Shown here piece by piece: positions 49,544 through 59,416 of a stretch of 64,000 nt of DNA. The stretch comes from Alphaproteobacteria bacterium (GTDB lineage Bacteria > Pseudomonadota > Alphaproteobacteria > Micavibrionales > Micavibrionaceae). The translations under genes and the position numbers were made by a program. The first letter of the stretch is position 1, and the number at the start of each line of letters is the position of its first letter. The stretch is taken from contig JAIXWE010000053.1 of NCBI GenBank assembly GCA_027482195.1, forward strand, positions 3,308 through 67,307, in the 5' to 3' direction. The notes under the pieces are model-generated. The model worked only from the letters and a program-made list of their open reading frames with translations. It was not told the origin of the DNA and searched no databases.

Positions 49544-50666
49544 TCTTGAAGATCCCGAAGAAGATAATGTGTTTCTTGAGGATGAAAATCCACATCACAC
49601 TGATCTAACCCCAGCGCAACATGATTTTTTTGGTCATGAAAATGTTGAACGCCAAGTGGTTGAGATGATCAACAATGATCGTTTACCGCACGCGCTTATT
49701 TTATCCGGAATGGAAGGGGTGGGAAAGGCAACCTTTGCCTTTCGTCTTGTGCGGTTCTTGTTAACCCGCGCGCCGGATAACGAGGACTCACTTTTTGGTG
49801 CGCCTGAGAAAATAAAAATTGAAAATTTAACGTCGCCATTATCCCATCCGGCGCAAGCACAAATTTCAAGTGGTGGCCATCCAGATTTATTGTCAATTGA
49901 GCGCGGTTGGGATGATAAAAAAGATCGCCGCCGTGCCCAACTTGATGTGGATGAAATTCGCAAAATTGTCCCTTTTCTACGGCGTACTGCGGCTTATGAC
50001 GGTGGATATCGTATTGTCGTGATTGATGATTGCGATACAATGAATCGCAATAGCCAAAATGCATTGCTGAAAATTTTAGAAGAGCCACCAGAAAAAACAC
50101 TTCTTATTCTCATCACCCATCGTTTGGGTGCGTTGTTGCCGACAATTCTTTCACGCGCGGCGGTGTTAAATTTTCAACCTTTGTCTGATGTACAAATTCA
50201 AAACGCGCTGCAATCACGTGGTATAAAGCTGACGCATACGGAGTTGGGCTTTGTTACAGATTATGCGCAGGGAAGCCTAGGAAATGCGTTAATGATTGCT
50301 CAGGAACATGCGCTTTTGATGATTCAGGACTCCTTTAATTTTTTCAAATCCCCTTCATTCGATTGGTCAAAGATTCAAATTTTCGCCGAAGCTTTGGCGA
50401 TGAAATCATCCATCAATGATGACATGCAAAAGTTATTTATCGAATCTCATATTTTTCTTGCGGATGTTGCGGCCAAAATCGGCATGCTCGATAAACCGTT
50501 GCCGGCGTGGATGGAAGGATTTGCTTTTCTTACATCGCGCCACGGTAATAAGCTTGAATTAGGGGAGAGATTACGCCATCTTAAATCTCTAACTTATCAG
50601 GGAAATCTTGATCGCCGCTTTTTGGTCATGGAATCCTATCGCCTTTGGGAAGAAATCTGCGCATGA
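49521..50666 (+). CDS. holB: DNA polymerase III subunit delta'
   Basis: The pattern HALILSGMEGVGKATFA and the context between tmk and metG fit holB. The start could also be the Met at 49533. Confidence 0.8.
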   Translation: MEFSMLFDLEDPEEDNVFLEDENPHHTDLTPAQHDFFGHENVERQVVEMINNDRLPHALILSGMEGVGKATFAFRLVRFLLTRAPDNEDSLFGAPEKIKIENLTSPLSHPAQAQISSGGHPDLLSIERGWDDKKDRRRAQLDVDEIRKIVPFLRRTAAYDGGYRIVVIDDCDTMNRNSQNALLKILEEPPEKTLLILITHRLGALLPTILSRAAVLNFQPLSDVQIQNALQSRGIKLTHTELGFVTDYAQGSLGNALMIAQEHALLMIQDSFNFFKSPSFDWSKIQIFAEALAMKSSINDDMQKLFIESHIFLADVAAKIGMLDKPLPAWMEGFAFLTSRHGNKLELGERLRHLKSLTYQGNLDRRFLVMESYRLWEEICA

Positions 50667-52210
50667 ATAACAATTTTTATATCACAACACCGATATACTA
50701 CGTGAATGATAAGCCGCATTTGGGTCATGTTTACACAACGGTGGCATGTGATGTTTTGGCGCGGTTTCATCGTCTTGATGGGCGTGATGTTTATTTTCTC
50801 ACCGGCACAGACGAGCATGGATTGAAAGTCAAACAAGCGGCCGAGAAAGCCGAGATGGATCCGCAAAGTTTTACGGACAAGGTTTCACAAAATTTTCGTG
50901 ATTTGTGTCCACTCATGAATTATTCCAACAATGATTTTATTCGCACAACCGAAGGGCGTCACATCAAAGCGTGTCAGCATTTGTGGAATCTCTTGGTGGA
51001 GAAGGGGGCAATTTATCTTGATACCTACTCCGGATGGTATGCCGTGCGTGATGAGGCTTATTACGGCGAGGATGAATTAACCACGCGTGCAGATGGTGTA
51101 AAAGTTGCACCATCTGGCGCCGAAGTGACATGGATGACGGAAGAAAGTTATTTTTTCAAACTCTCTGATTTTCAAGATCGCCTTTTGAAATTTTACGAAG
51201 ATAACCCGCGTTTTGTAATGCCGGAGTCGCGCTTTAACGAAGTGAAAAGCTTTGTAAAATCTGGCTTGAAAGATTTATCGGTGTCGCGCACAACCTTTGA
51301 TTGGGGCGTTCCCGTGCCGGGTCATCCGCAACATGTGATGTATGTGTGGATTGATGCTTTGACGAATTACATTACGGCACTTGGTTATCCTGATGAACAA
51401 AATGACTTATTCAAAAATTTTTGGCCGCAAGCCATTCATGTGGTTGGTAAAGATATTCTGAGATTTCACGCTGTCTATTGGCCGGCATTTTTAATGGCGG
51501 CGGACTTACCATTGCCCCAGCAAATTTTTGCCCACGGATGGTGGACGATTGAAGGGCAAAAAATGTCGAAATCTCTCGGGAATGTTATTGCACCATCCGA
51601 CTTGATTGCACGTTATGGTGTCGATGCGGCGCGCTATTTCATGCTGCGTGAAGTGCCGTTTGGATCGGATGGTGATTTTTCACATCTTCAAGCGGTTAAC
51701 CGCATTAATAATGACCTTGCAAATGGTTTGGGGAATTTGTGTCAACGCACTTTGTCGTTTATTTACAAGAATTGTGAAGCAAAAATTCCGCAACCACAGG
51801 TATTCACAAAAGAGGATGAGGGGCTTTTAAATCTTGCGCGCACGGCCACACTTGAAAAAGTGCGCGAAGAGTTGGGGCAGTTTCGATTTCATCGTGCCTT
51901 TGAACAAATTTGGTCGGTGGTTGATTTGGCAAATGGCTATATTGATTCTCAAGCTCCGTGGGCTTTGAAAAAAACGGATCTCGGGCGCATGAATACGGTC
52001 TTATATGTCTTGTGTGAATCAATCCGCTGTCTTGCAATTTTGATCCAACCCATTATGCCGGAAAAGGCAAAATCAATGCTGGCGCAATTATCCTTGCCCG
52101 AAAATTTTTCCTTTGATCAACTGGCAACGCCGTTGCAACCCGGTGTTGTCATTCCCCAACCGCAAGGAATTTTTCCGCGTATTGAAACACCCGAACACCA
52201 TGTTGGTTAA
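50663..52210 (+). CDS. metG: Methionine--tRNA ligase
   Basis: HIGH-type motif (PHLGHVYT) and KMSKS. The start is set at the ATG forming an ATGA overlap with the holB stop; the ORF extends to 50645. Confidence 0.95.
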   Translation: MNNNFYITTPIYYVNDKPHLGHVYTTVACDVLARFHRLDGRDVYFLTGTDEHGLKVKQAAEKAEMDPQSFTDKVSQNFRDLCPLMNYSNNDFIRTTEGRHIKACQHLWNLLVEKGAIYLDTYSGWYAVRDEAYYGEDELTTRADGVKVAPSGAEVTWMTEESYFFKLSDFQDRLLKFYEDNPRFVMPESRFNEVKSFVKSGLKDLSVSRTTFDWGVPVPGHPQHVMYVWIDALTNYITALGYPDEQNDLFKNFWPQAIHVVGKDILRFHAVYWPAFLMAADLPLPQQIFAHGWWTIEGQKMSKSLGNVIAPSDLIARYGVDAARYFMLREVPFGSDGDFSHLQAVNRINNDLANGLGNLCQRTLSFIYKNCEAKIPQPQVFTKEDEGLLNLARTATLEKVREELGQFRFHRAFEQIWSVVDLANGYIDSQAPWALKKTDLGRMNTVLYVLCESIRCLAILIQPIMPEKAKSMLAQLSLPENFSFDQLATPLQPGVVIPQPQGIFPRIETPEHHVG

Positions 52211-52212
52211 TC

Positions 52213-53010
52213 ATGTGGGTCGATAGTCATTGCCACATCACGCATAAAAACATCACAGAGCTTGGTGATGTGAACAGCTTGGTGTCCGCGGCGAGGGAGC
52301 AGAATGTGATGGCGATGTTGGTCATTAATTGCCGCATTGTTGAAGAATTGCCCACACTTCTCGATGCCGTTCATTCCCATGAAAATTTATGGTGCACGGT
52401 GGGCACGCACCCGCATGATGCAGGAGATGAGAATGAAAAATTAATCACAGAAGAAAACATCATCGATATTATCAACACACACAAAAAAATTATTGGCGTG
52501 GGTGAGTCTGGGCTTGATTACCATTATAATTTTTCGTCACCCGAGGATCAGCATATATCTTTTCGCAAGCATATTCGCGTTTGCCGTGATCTTGATATCC
52601 CACTTGTGGTTCACGCGCGCGAAGCGGATGACGATATTATCCGTTTAATTCGCGAGGAAACAAACGGGAAGGGGGTGCGCGGCATCATGCATTCTTTTTC
52701 ATCGTCTGAAAAAATGTGTATGGAAGCCTTGGAGTTAGGCTTTCACATTTCTTTTTCGGGTATGATTACGTTTAAAAATGCGCAAAATTTACGTGATATT
52801 GCGGCCAAAGTGCCATTGGAAAGATTGTTGGTTGAAACCGATGCGCCTTATTTGGCACCCGAGCCTTACCGCGGCAAAATTAATCAGCCGGCTTATGTGC
52901 CTCATACGGGAAAAATTCTAGCACAGCTTAAAAATATATCTTCCGAAGAAATGGCGATGCAAACAACGGAAAATTTTTTCAATCTTTTTGAGCGCGCCGT
53001 GAGAGTTTGA
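52213..53010 (+). CDS. TatD-family metal-dependent hydrolase
   Basis: N-terminal DSHCH and GESGLDYHY motifs. Confidence 0.9.
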   Translation: MWVDSHCHITHKNITELGDVNSLVSAAREQNVMAMLVINCRIVEELPTLLDAVHSHENLWCTVGTHPHDAGDENEKLITEENIIDIINTHKKIIGVGESGLDYHYNFSSPEDQHISFRKHIRVCRDLDIPLVVHAREADDDIIRLIREETNGKGVRGIMHSFSSSEKMCMEALELGFHISFSGMITFKNAQNLRDIAAKVPLERLLVETDAPYLAPEPYRGKINQPAYVPHTGKILAQLKNISSEEMAMQTTENFFNLFERAVRV

Positions 53011-53810
53011 TGGAACAGAATATCGGTCACGCTATCATTCTTGGTTGCGGATGTTCAAAAGGAACGCCGCAAATTGGTAATGAGTGGGGAGCGTGCGACC
53101 CGCTTGAGCCAAAAAATTTCCGCACACGTCCAAGTATTGCCATTCAAAAAAATGGAAAAACTTTAATTATCGATACGGGCCCGGATTTTCACATGCAAAT
53201 TAATCGTGAAAATATTCGCCATATTGACGGTGTTTTATATACGCATGCACATTCGGATCATGTTGCGGGAATTGATGAACTGCGCAGTTTTTTTGACCGC
53301 ACACGAAAAAGAGTTCCGGTTCTCTCAGATGAAAAGACGCTTAACGAGCTGCGTCAACGCTTTTCCTTTGTCTTTGAACAAAGCAGTGTTTTATATGCGG
53401 CCGCCGCCGAGGCTCATATTTTGCAAAACAACCTTCAATCTTTTGCGGGTATTGATTTTACACCCTTCACGCAAGATCATGGTTTGTCAACAACGCTTGG
53501 TTTTCGTTTTGGCGATTTTGGATATTCAACCGACATGATCACCCTTGATGATCATGCGATTGGAGTTCTCAATGGTGTTGAAAATTGGCTAGTTGATGGA
53601 GCCAATTTGTATGAAGAGCGTATCTTTGTTCATTCAAATTTAAAACGGATTTTAGAGCTTCAAGAAAAAGTTCAAGCAAAAAATATTTACCTGACTCATC
53701 TTAAAAATAATTTGGATTATCAAACATTATGCCGTGATTTGCCGATCTTTATTCGCCCAGCCTTTGACGGTCAGAAAATCCAAATAAAATGGGGTCAAAA
53801 TGCGGGTTGA
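53007..53810 (+). CDS. MBL-fold metallo-hydrolase (PhnP-like)
   Basis: HAHSDH motif. It sits after tatD, as is common in Alphaproteobacteria. Confidence 0.7.
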   Translation: MMEQNIGHAIILGCGCSKGTPQIGNEWGACDPLEPKNFRTRPSIAIQKNGKTLIIDTGPDFHMQINRENIRHIDGVLYTHAHSDHVAGIDELRSFFDRTRKRVPVLSDEKTLNELRQRFSFVFEQSSVLYAAAAEAHILQNNLQSFAGIDFTPFTQDHGLSTTLGFRFGDFGYSTDMITLDDHAIGVLNGVENWLVDGANLYEERIFVHSNLKRILELQEKVQAKNIYLTHLKNNLDYQTLCRDLPIFIRPAFDGQKIQIKWGQNAG

Positions 53811-54858
53811 TGCATTTGATTTTACGCTTCCGGAATCATTGATTGCATTAAGACCGGTTGAGCCGCGCCATCATGCGCGGATGATGGCAGTGCTGGGCGA
53901 AGATATAAAAGACAATCATGTTTATGATTTGCCAAAAATACTCACAAAAAATGATATTCTGGTTTTTAATGATACCAAGGTTTTGCCGGCGCAACTTTAC
54001 GGGCGATGTGGCGATAAAACGATGGAATGCAATTTGCACAAACGTATATCGCCAATTTCTTGGAAGGCCTTTGTCAAGAAATCACGTAAATTTAATGTCG
54101 GTGATGTGATTCAATTTGGTGATGGCGCACTTGTTGCCAAAATTATTGCGAAATCTGATACGCACCAAATTGGTGAAATTGATTTGGAATTTGATGTTAA
54201 ACCGGGCGAGCTTGAGGCAAAATTGCATGAGGTTGGGATGATGCCGTTACCGCCTTATATTGCGGCGCGTCGCAACATCGATGCGCAAGATAATGGCGAT
54301 TATCAAACGATTTTTGCAAAAAATGAGGGTGCGGTCGCCGCGCCAACAGCCTCATTACATTACACGCCCGAGCTTTTGGCCGCGTTGGATGATGCGGGAA
54401 TTGCGCGTGTTACGTTAACTTTGCATGTTGGGGCTGGCACGTTCTTGCCGGTTAAGGTTGAGGACACTAATGACCATAAAATGCACGCCGAATGGGGTTT
54501 GATCACGCCAGAGGTGGCCGCAACTTTGAACAAAGTGCGGGAAAATGGCGGGCGGATTGTGGCTGTGGGCACAACCGTCTTACGGCTTTTGGAATCGGCG
54601 GTTGATGAGAGTGGTATCATTCAACCATTTTCCGGTGATACAGATATTTTCATCACGCCGGGGTTTCAATTTCGCGCCGTTGATATTTTGCAAACAAATT
54701 TTCATCTTCCGCGTTCAACGCTTTTTATGTTGGTGTCGGCCTTTGCGGGTCTTGATACAATGCGCAAAGCCTATAACCATGCGATTGATCATCAATATCG
54801 CTTTTATTCCTATGGTGATTCCAGTTTGTTATTTCGACAGACATCTTATATTCCATAA
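53800..54858 (+). CDS. queA: S-adenosylmethionine:tRNA ribosyltransferase-isomerase
   Basis: Conserved N-terminus FDFTLPESLIA, PLPPYI and C-terminal FYSYGDSSL. Confidence 0.95.
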   Translation: MRVDAFDFTLPESLIALRPVEPRHHARMMAVLGEDIKDNHVYDLPKILTKNDILVFNDTKVLPAQLYGRCGDKTMECNLHKRISPISWKAFVKKSRKFNVGDVIQFGDGALVAKIIAKSDTHQIGEIDLEFDVKPGELEAKLHEVGMMPLPPYIAARRNIDAQDNGDYQTIFAKNEGAVAAPTASLHYTPELLAALDDAGIARVTLTLHVGAGTFLPVKVEDTNDHKMHAEWGLITPEVAATLNKVRENGGRIVAVGTTVLRLLESAVDESGIIQPFSGDTDIFITPGFQFRAVDILQTNFHLPRSTLFMLVSAFAGLDTMRKAYNHAIDHQYRFYSYGDSSLLFRQTSYIP

Positions 54859-54889
54859 TATATATTATCACACTAGAATAAAATATGAT

Positions 54890-56197
54890 TTAAGCAGGAG
54901 CAGGAATAAACTGCCCTATATTTTCGCGTGCTAATCTTTGTAGCCTGTGATCGCTCAAGCCCCTCAACATGGGTGCATAAAACGTGGTCATGCTGTTTGC
55001 ATGCTTAAAGCACATCTTGCCCATAGTGGTTAAATTGGGAAGTCTAACTTCTTTGAGATTGCTCGCATATTTAAGACAGCCCTTCCCCATTGTGACCAAG
55101 GCTGCCGCATGAAATTCAGTCAAATCATTGGCGTGGAAAAAACACCAATTTCCCATAGAGACCAAATGAGGAGCGCTAAATATACTCAGGCCGCGAGCAT
55201 TTTGAAGGCACTTGCTGCTCATAGATTTTAAATGAGGAAGGTTAAGAGTCTTGATTTGTGACTTATCAGCACCGATGAGTAGGGTGTCCCCCAACATGAG
55301 GTTGCCGTTTCTGATACGTAAGTTATTATTACCGCCATAAATGCGGTTAAAATCATCGGCGAAGCTATCTTGAGATCGAGGGTCAATCTTTATCAGAATT
55401 TTCTTTTTGTTATCAAACAAGAACTCATCAAATAGGGCATCGCCATTCGATAAATCAACCTCGTGGATAATTCCATTTTTTACCCAAGCTTGATCTCCGT
55501 AATAGATATTATTTCTCTCAAGGTTATATTTAAAAATCTTCTTACCGCAAAGCGCATAGCCGGACGTCAAAGTGACTTTGGACTGTGAAAATTCAACATT
55601 AAAATAAGTTCTTAATGCAACCGACAAACCTTCAATAATGTTGTCAGGATTGCTATCAAATGTATGGTCAGAACCTACGACGGAATGATTATAGCGATTT
55701 TTGATACTTATAAATCCGCCTTTTTTCAGCATTTGAATAGAAATGACGGATGTGCCATAGGAGTCTTGGCGTTGTTCTTTTCCTCTAAAATCTTCACGTT
55801 TAAGTTCATCTGCATCTTCACGAATTGCATGAACAATATAATATTTTTCGTGACGTGCGTGGTCATTAAATGTGCATAGCAACTCACCAGATTTAAAATA
55901 CTTCTTGATACTATTTTGCTTTTCCAATGTGTCGGCATAGAATGCCGTGTAACCTGCTTGCTCAAGCAATATAAAGGGGTCTTCTGGCTCGCAAGGATTC
56001 AAGCCATCATCATTCGTATTCAATAAGCTCATTAAGTAAGGTAATAATGGCTGAGCATTATCGCCCGCGTGTCGGAGGATGGGAATAATATCTGGGATTG
56101 ATAAAATACCGTTATGGTGATTCCGCAAGGTCTGAGCGAAGCGCTCTCCTTTGAGTCTTTTCAGGCGTTTGTAATTATTTTCTGCTATGGTATTCAT
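54890..56197 (-). CDS. Hypothetical protein with C-terminal BspA/TpLRR-type leucine-rich repeats
   Basis: Four to five tandem repeats of about 22 aa of the form L..MG..CF..A..L..F.AP fill the last 110 residues. I recognise nothing in the 320-aa N-terminal part. Confidence 0.55.
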   Translation of the reverse strand: MNTIAENNYKRLKRLKGERFAQTLRNHHNGILSIPDIIPILRHAGDNAQPLLPYLMSLLNTNDDGLNPCEPEDPFILLEQAGYTAFYADTLEKQNSIKKYFKSGELLCTFNDHARHEKYYIVHAIREDADELKREDFRGKEQRQDSYGTSVISIQMLKKGGFISIKNRYNHSVVGSDHTFDSNPDNIIEGLSVALRTYFNVEFSQSKVTLTSGYALCGKKIFKYNLERNNIYYGDQAWVKNGIIHEVDLSNGDALFDEFLFDNKKKILIKIDPRSQDSFADDFNRIYGGNNNLRIRNGNLMLGDTLLIGADKSQIKTLNLPHLKSMSSKCLQNARGLSIFSAPHLVSMGNWCFFHANDLTEFHAAALVTMGKGCLKYASNLKEVRLPNLTTMGKMCFKHANSMTTFYAPMLRGLSDHRLQRLARENIGQFIPAPA

Positions 56198-56282
56198 TCT
56201 AATTATGCCTAATAATTTTTATGTTATAAATAAATCACGCTTTTGTGCTATGTCAATAAATTTATGCAATAAGGAATTCACG

Positions 56283-57092
56283 ATGAAAACCAATAAAATA
56301 GTATCAAATACCCACCGCCCTATTGAACAGCTTGTGACGATCATGTCTCGCTTGCGTGACCCACAAAAAGGCTGTCCGTGGGATGTCGAGCAAGATTTTA
56401 AGTCGATTGCGCCATACACTTTGGAAGAAGCCTATGAAGTGGTTGATGCGATTGAAAAAAATGACATGCCGGCCTTGAAAGATGAATTGGGTGATCTTTT
56501 GCTTCAGGTTGTCTTTCACGCGCAAATGGCTGAAGAAGCTGGGCTTTTTACCTTTGATGATGTGGCTAAATTTGTGACAGATAAGATGATTTCGCGCCAC
56601 CCGCATGTTTTCGGTGATGCGCATGTGACAACGGCCGAGGGTGTTTTAACGCAATGGGAAGACCTTAAGGCCTTGGAAAAAAAGGATAAACTGCCACAAA
56701 ACTCAATTTTGGATGACGTGCCGGTGGCGCACACGGCCCTTGTGCGCGCCCAGAAGATACAGAAAAAAGCCGCGAAAGTTGGCTTTGATTGGCCGGATAC
56801 CGCGCCCATCTTTGATAAAATAGAAGAAGAAATTAATGAATTAAAACAAGCAGTTGTAGATAAATCTTCAAGTGAAATCGAAGAAGAATTGGGCGATATT
56901 TTATTCGCGGTTGTGAATTTGGGACGGAAATTAGGCGTTGATTCTGAAACGGCCCTTCGTCAATGTAATAACAAATTTTATAAGAGATTCAATGGGATAG
57001 AAAATCAAGTTAAATTAGAAAATAAAGATTTTAGCGATTACACATTGGAAGAATTGGAAAAAATCTGGCAAGATCAGAAAAGAAAAGCTTAA
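56283..57092 (+). CDS. mazG: Nucleoside triphosphate pyrophosphohydrolase MazG
   Basis: Tandem MazG domains (CPWDVEQDFKSIAPYTLEEAYEVVDAI; EELGDILFAVVNL). The start is set at the internal Met (MKTNK); the ORF extends to 56187. Confidence 0.9.
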   Translation: MKTNKIVSNTHRPIEQLVTIMSRLRDPQKGCPWDVEQDFKSIAPYTLEEAYEVVDAIEKNDMPALKDELGDLLLQVVFHAQMAEEAGLFTFDDVAKFVTDKMISRHPHVFGDAHVTTAEGVLTQWEDLKALEKKDKLPQNSILDDVPVAHTALVRAQKIQKKAAKVGFDWPDTAPIFDKIEEEINELKQAVVDKSSSEIEEELGDILFAVVNLGRKLGVDSETALRQCNNKFYKRFNGIENQVKLENKDFSDYTLEELEKIWQDQKRKA

Positions 57093-58408
57093 ACCACCCC
57101 ATCAAGCTCCTTTTTAAACAGTTTTTCGAAGCGTGCTGCTGCCGATTCCTCCATCCGCGCGGTTATTTTTAGTACAGTGCCGTACTGTAATTCGGTCATT
57201 TTTTTGACATGGGCATGGCGATGAAGCCAGGCCAGAGCCTTGCCATTTTCGGGTGAAATTTTGAATATGTAATCTTTGTGATGAACACTGAGCTTCTCAT
57301 CAATCAGAGTTAACAGACGGTCAAGCCCATCCCCGCTCAGCGCGGAAATGGCAATGTAACTTCCGTTAAAATCACGATGGCGGGTAATGTGATGATCAGG
57401 ATTTGAAATGGCATCCATTTTATTCCACACCTCAACAATGCGTGGGTCTGTGTGGTAATCAAGCCCCAATTCGGCCAAGACATTCATCACGTCTTCGCGT
57501 TGCGCTTCCAAATCATCCGACGCCACATCGCGCACGTGCAAAATGACATCGGCATCCAAAACTTGTTCCAAGGTCGCCCGAAACGCCGCGACAAGTTGCG
57601 TGGGCAAATTCGCAATGAACCCCACCGTGTCGGATAAAATAATCATCCGCCCACTGGGGAGTTTGAGTTGCCGCAAGGTCGGATCAAGTGTGGCAAACAC
57701 CATATCTTCGGCCAACACATTTGCTTTTGTTAAGCTGTTAAATAAGGTGGATTTGCCGGCGTTCGTATATCCCACCAGGGCAACGACTGGAAAAGGAACC
57801 CTCTCCCGCTTATGCCGCGCCAGATCACGCGTGCGTTTTACCTCGTGAAGTTGCAATTTCAACCGTGCAATGCGGTCATCAATCATGCGGCGGTCAATTT
57901 CCAATTGGGTTTCACCGGGCCCGCCCATAAACCCACCCCCGCCACGTTGGCGTTCAAGGTGAGTCCATGATTTCACAAGCCGTGAGCGTTGATATTGCAA
58001 TGCGGCCAATTCCACCTGAATTTTCCCCTCACGCGTTTGCGCTCGGGCACCGAAAATTTCAAGAATAAGCCCCGTGCGGTCAATGACCTTGATCCCCCAT
58101 GTTTTTTCCAAATTTCTTTGTTGCACGGGGGAAAGCGCAAAATTAATGATCACCACATCGGGTTTTTCATCTGTGGCATCTAATTTCTCGCGAAAGGAAT
58201 CGCACGCCCCCTTCCCCAACAAGGTTGAAGGCGTGATGTTGTAAACGGTCGATGTTTCAAACGCGGTCGTTTTTAAATTGATGGCTTTGGCAAGGCTTTG
58301 CGCCTCGGCAATTTCTGATTGAAGATCGCGTTCAAAATCACGTTGCAGGTTTTTGGGCGTTTTGCGAAACACCGGATGAATGATCCAGCAACGTGGTTGA
58401 GAATTCAC
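57089..58408 (-). CDS. hflX: GTPase HflX
   Basis: HflX N-terminal domain plus G motifs GYTNAGKST, DTVGF and NKMD. It lies downstream of hfq. Confidence 0.95.
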   Translation of the reverse strand: MNSQPRCWIIHPVFRKTPKNLQRDFERDLQSEIAEAQSLAKAINLKTTAFETSTVYNITPSTLLGKGACDSFREKLDATDEKPDVVIINFALSPVQQRNLEKTWGIKVIDRTGLILEIFGARAQTREGKIQVELAALQYQRSRLVKSWTHLERQRGGGGFMGGPGETQLEIDRRMIDDRIARLKLQLHEVKRTRDLARHKRERVPFPVVALVGYTNAGKSTLFNSLTKANVLAEDMVFATLDPTLRQLKLPSGRMIILSDTVGFIANLPTQLVAAFRATLEQVLDADVILHVRDVASDDLEAQREDVMNVLAELGLDYHTDPRIVEVWNKMDAISNPDHHITRHRDFNGSYIAISALSGDGLDRLLTLIDEKLSVHHKDYIFKISPENGKALAWLHRHAHVKKMTELQYGTVLKITARMEESAAARFEKLFKKELDGVV

Positions 58409-58420
58409 GAGTTTGAAAAC

Positions 58421-58684
58421 TTATTCAGAAATTGCTTTTCCGTCACTCTCTCCTGTTTCTTCATCATGTAACGACAACGGGCCAGAAGGCATGATGGTGG
58501 AGATGGCATGTTTGTAAACAAGCTGAATTTGGCTATCACGGCGAAGCAACATTGAGAAATTATCAAACCATGTGACAATTCCTTGAAGCTTGACACCATT
58601 GATAAGAAAAACGGTGACGGTGTGCTTTTCTTTACGAATTTTGTTGAGGAACACATCTTGGATGTTCGGATTTTTATCGGTCAT
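58421..58684 (-). CDS. hfq: RNA chaperone Hfq
   Basis: Sm motifs ([29 protein letters not shown]). Confidence 0.95.
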   Translation of the reverse strand: MTDKNPNIQDVFLNKIRKEKHTVTVFLINGVKLQGIVTWFDNFSMLLRRDSQIQLVYKHAISTIMPSGPLSLHDEETGESDGKAISE

Positions 58685-58756
58685 TTTTTTATTGTCCTTA
58701 TTGTTGTTTTTGTTGTCTGAAACCTAAGGAATTACGCCTCTTTTAGCAAGGGGATT

Positions 58757-59416
58757 TCAAAGAATTTTTTGACAGATTTCAAGCAAATGACCACAATTTT
58801 TTGCAACAATCACGGGATTATGGACGCCGACTTGCGCGGCTGTGCAATACCCATGTTCAATAAAAACGGGTGCACATTGTGCCGCCTTTGCCGCGATCAT
58901 ATCGGTATCGGTATCACCGACATACCATATATCGGGCCCAGATTTTATATTCAGAATATCTAATGCATAAAGAATAGAATCAGGCGCGGGTTTATCACGC
59001 GCGGCAACACCCGCCCCCACAGTAACATCAAAAAAATGATTCCATGTCAAATGTGAGATTTCTTTTTTTAAAATGTGATCGCGTTTATTGCTGACAACAC
59101 CAATGGTAATATTTTTTTCCTTGAGAAGATCTAAAAGTCTCTCCGCATCCTGCATTGCATAAAGTGTGGTGAGATGATTTTCTTCGACAAAGGCGAGATG
59201 GATTTTTAAAGCCTCTTCCGTTTTCTCGCCAAAAATTTTTGGGAAGGCTTCACGGGCAGAGCCACGGATATTTTTTTGTGCGTCTTCTTCCGTCCATAAC
59301 GGCATATTAAAATGTGAAAAAACGTGATTATATGCGTTGAGAATGAGTTTACTGGTTTCCGCCAACGTGCCGTCCCAGTCAAATAAAATTGCGCGCGGCT
59401 TATTGGTATTTATCAT
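58757..59416 (-). CDS. HAD-superfamily hydrolase (phosphoglycolate phosphatase-like)
   Basis: HAD motif I (FDWDGTL), motif II (VVSNK) and motif IV (VGDTDTD). Confidence 0.75.
   Translation of the reverse strand: MINTNKPRAILFDWDGTLAETSKLILNAYNHVFSHFNMPLWTEEDAQKNIRGSAREAFPKIFGEKTEEALKIHLAFVEENHLTTLYAMQDAERLLDLLKEKNITIGVVSNKRDHILKKEISHLTWNHFFDVTVGAGVAARDKPAPDSILYALDILNIKSGPDIWYVGDTDTDMIAAKAAQCAPVFIEHGYCTAAQVGVHNPVIVAKNCGHLLEICQKIL

Noticed and set aside
57089-57092. Overlapping convergent stop codons of mazG and hflX (TTAA).
   Set aside because: This is a trivial consequence of genome compaction with no functional implication.
58405-58656. 83-aa ORF overlapping hfq in another frame on the same strand.
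   Set aside because: Hfq is unambiguous, and the alternative frame gives a product without features.
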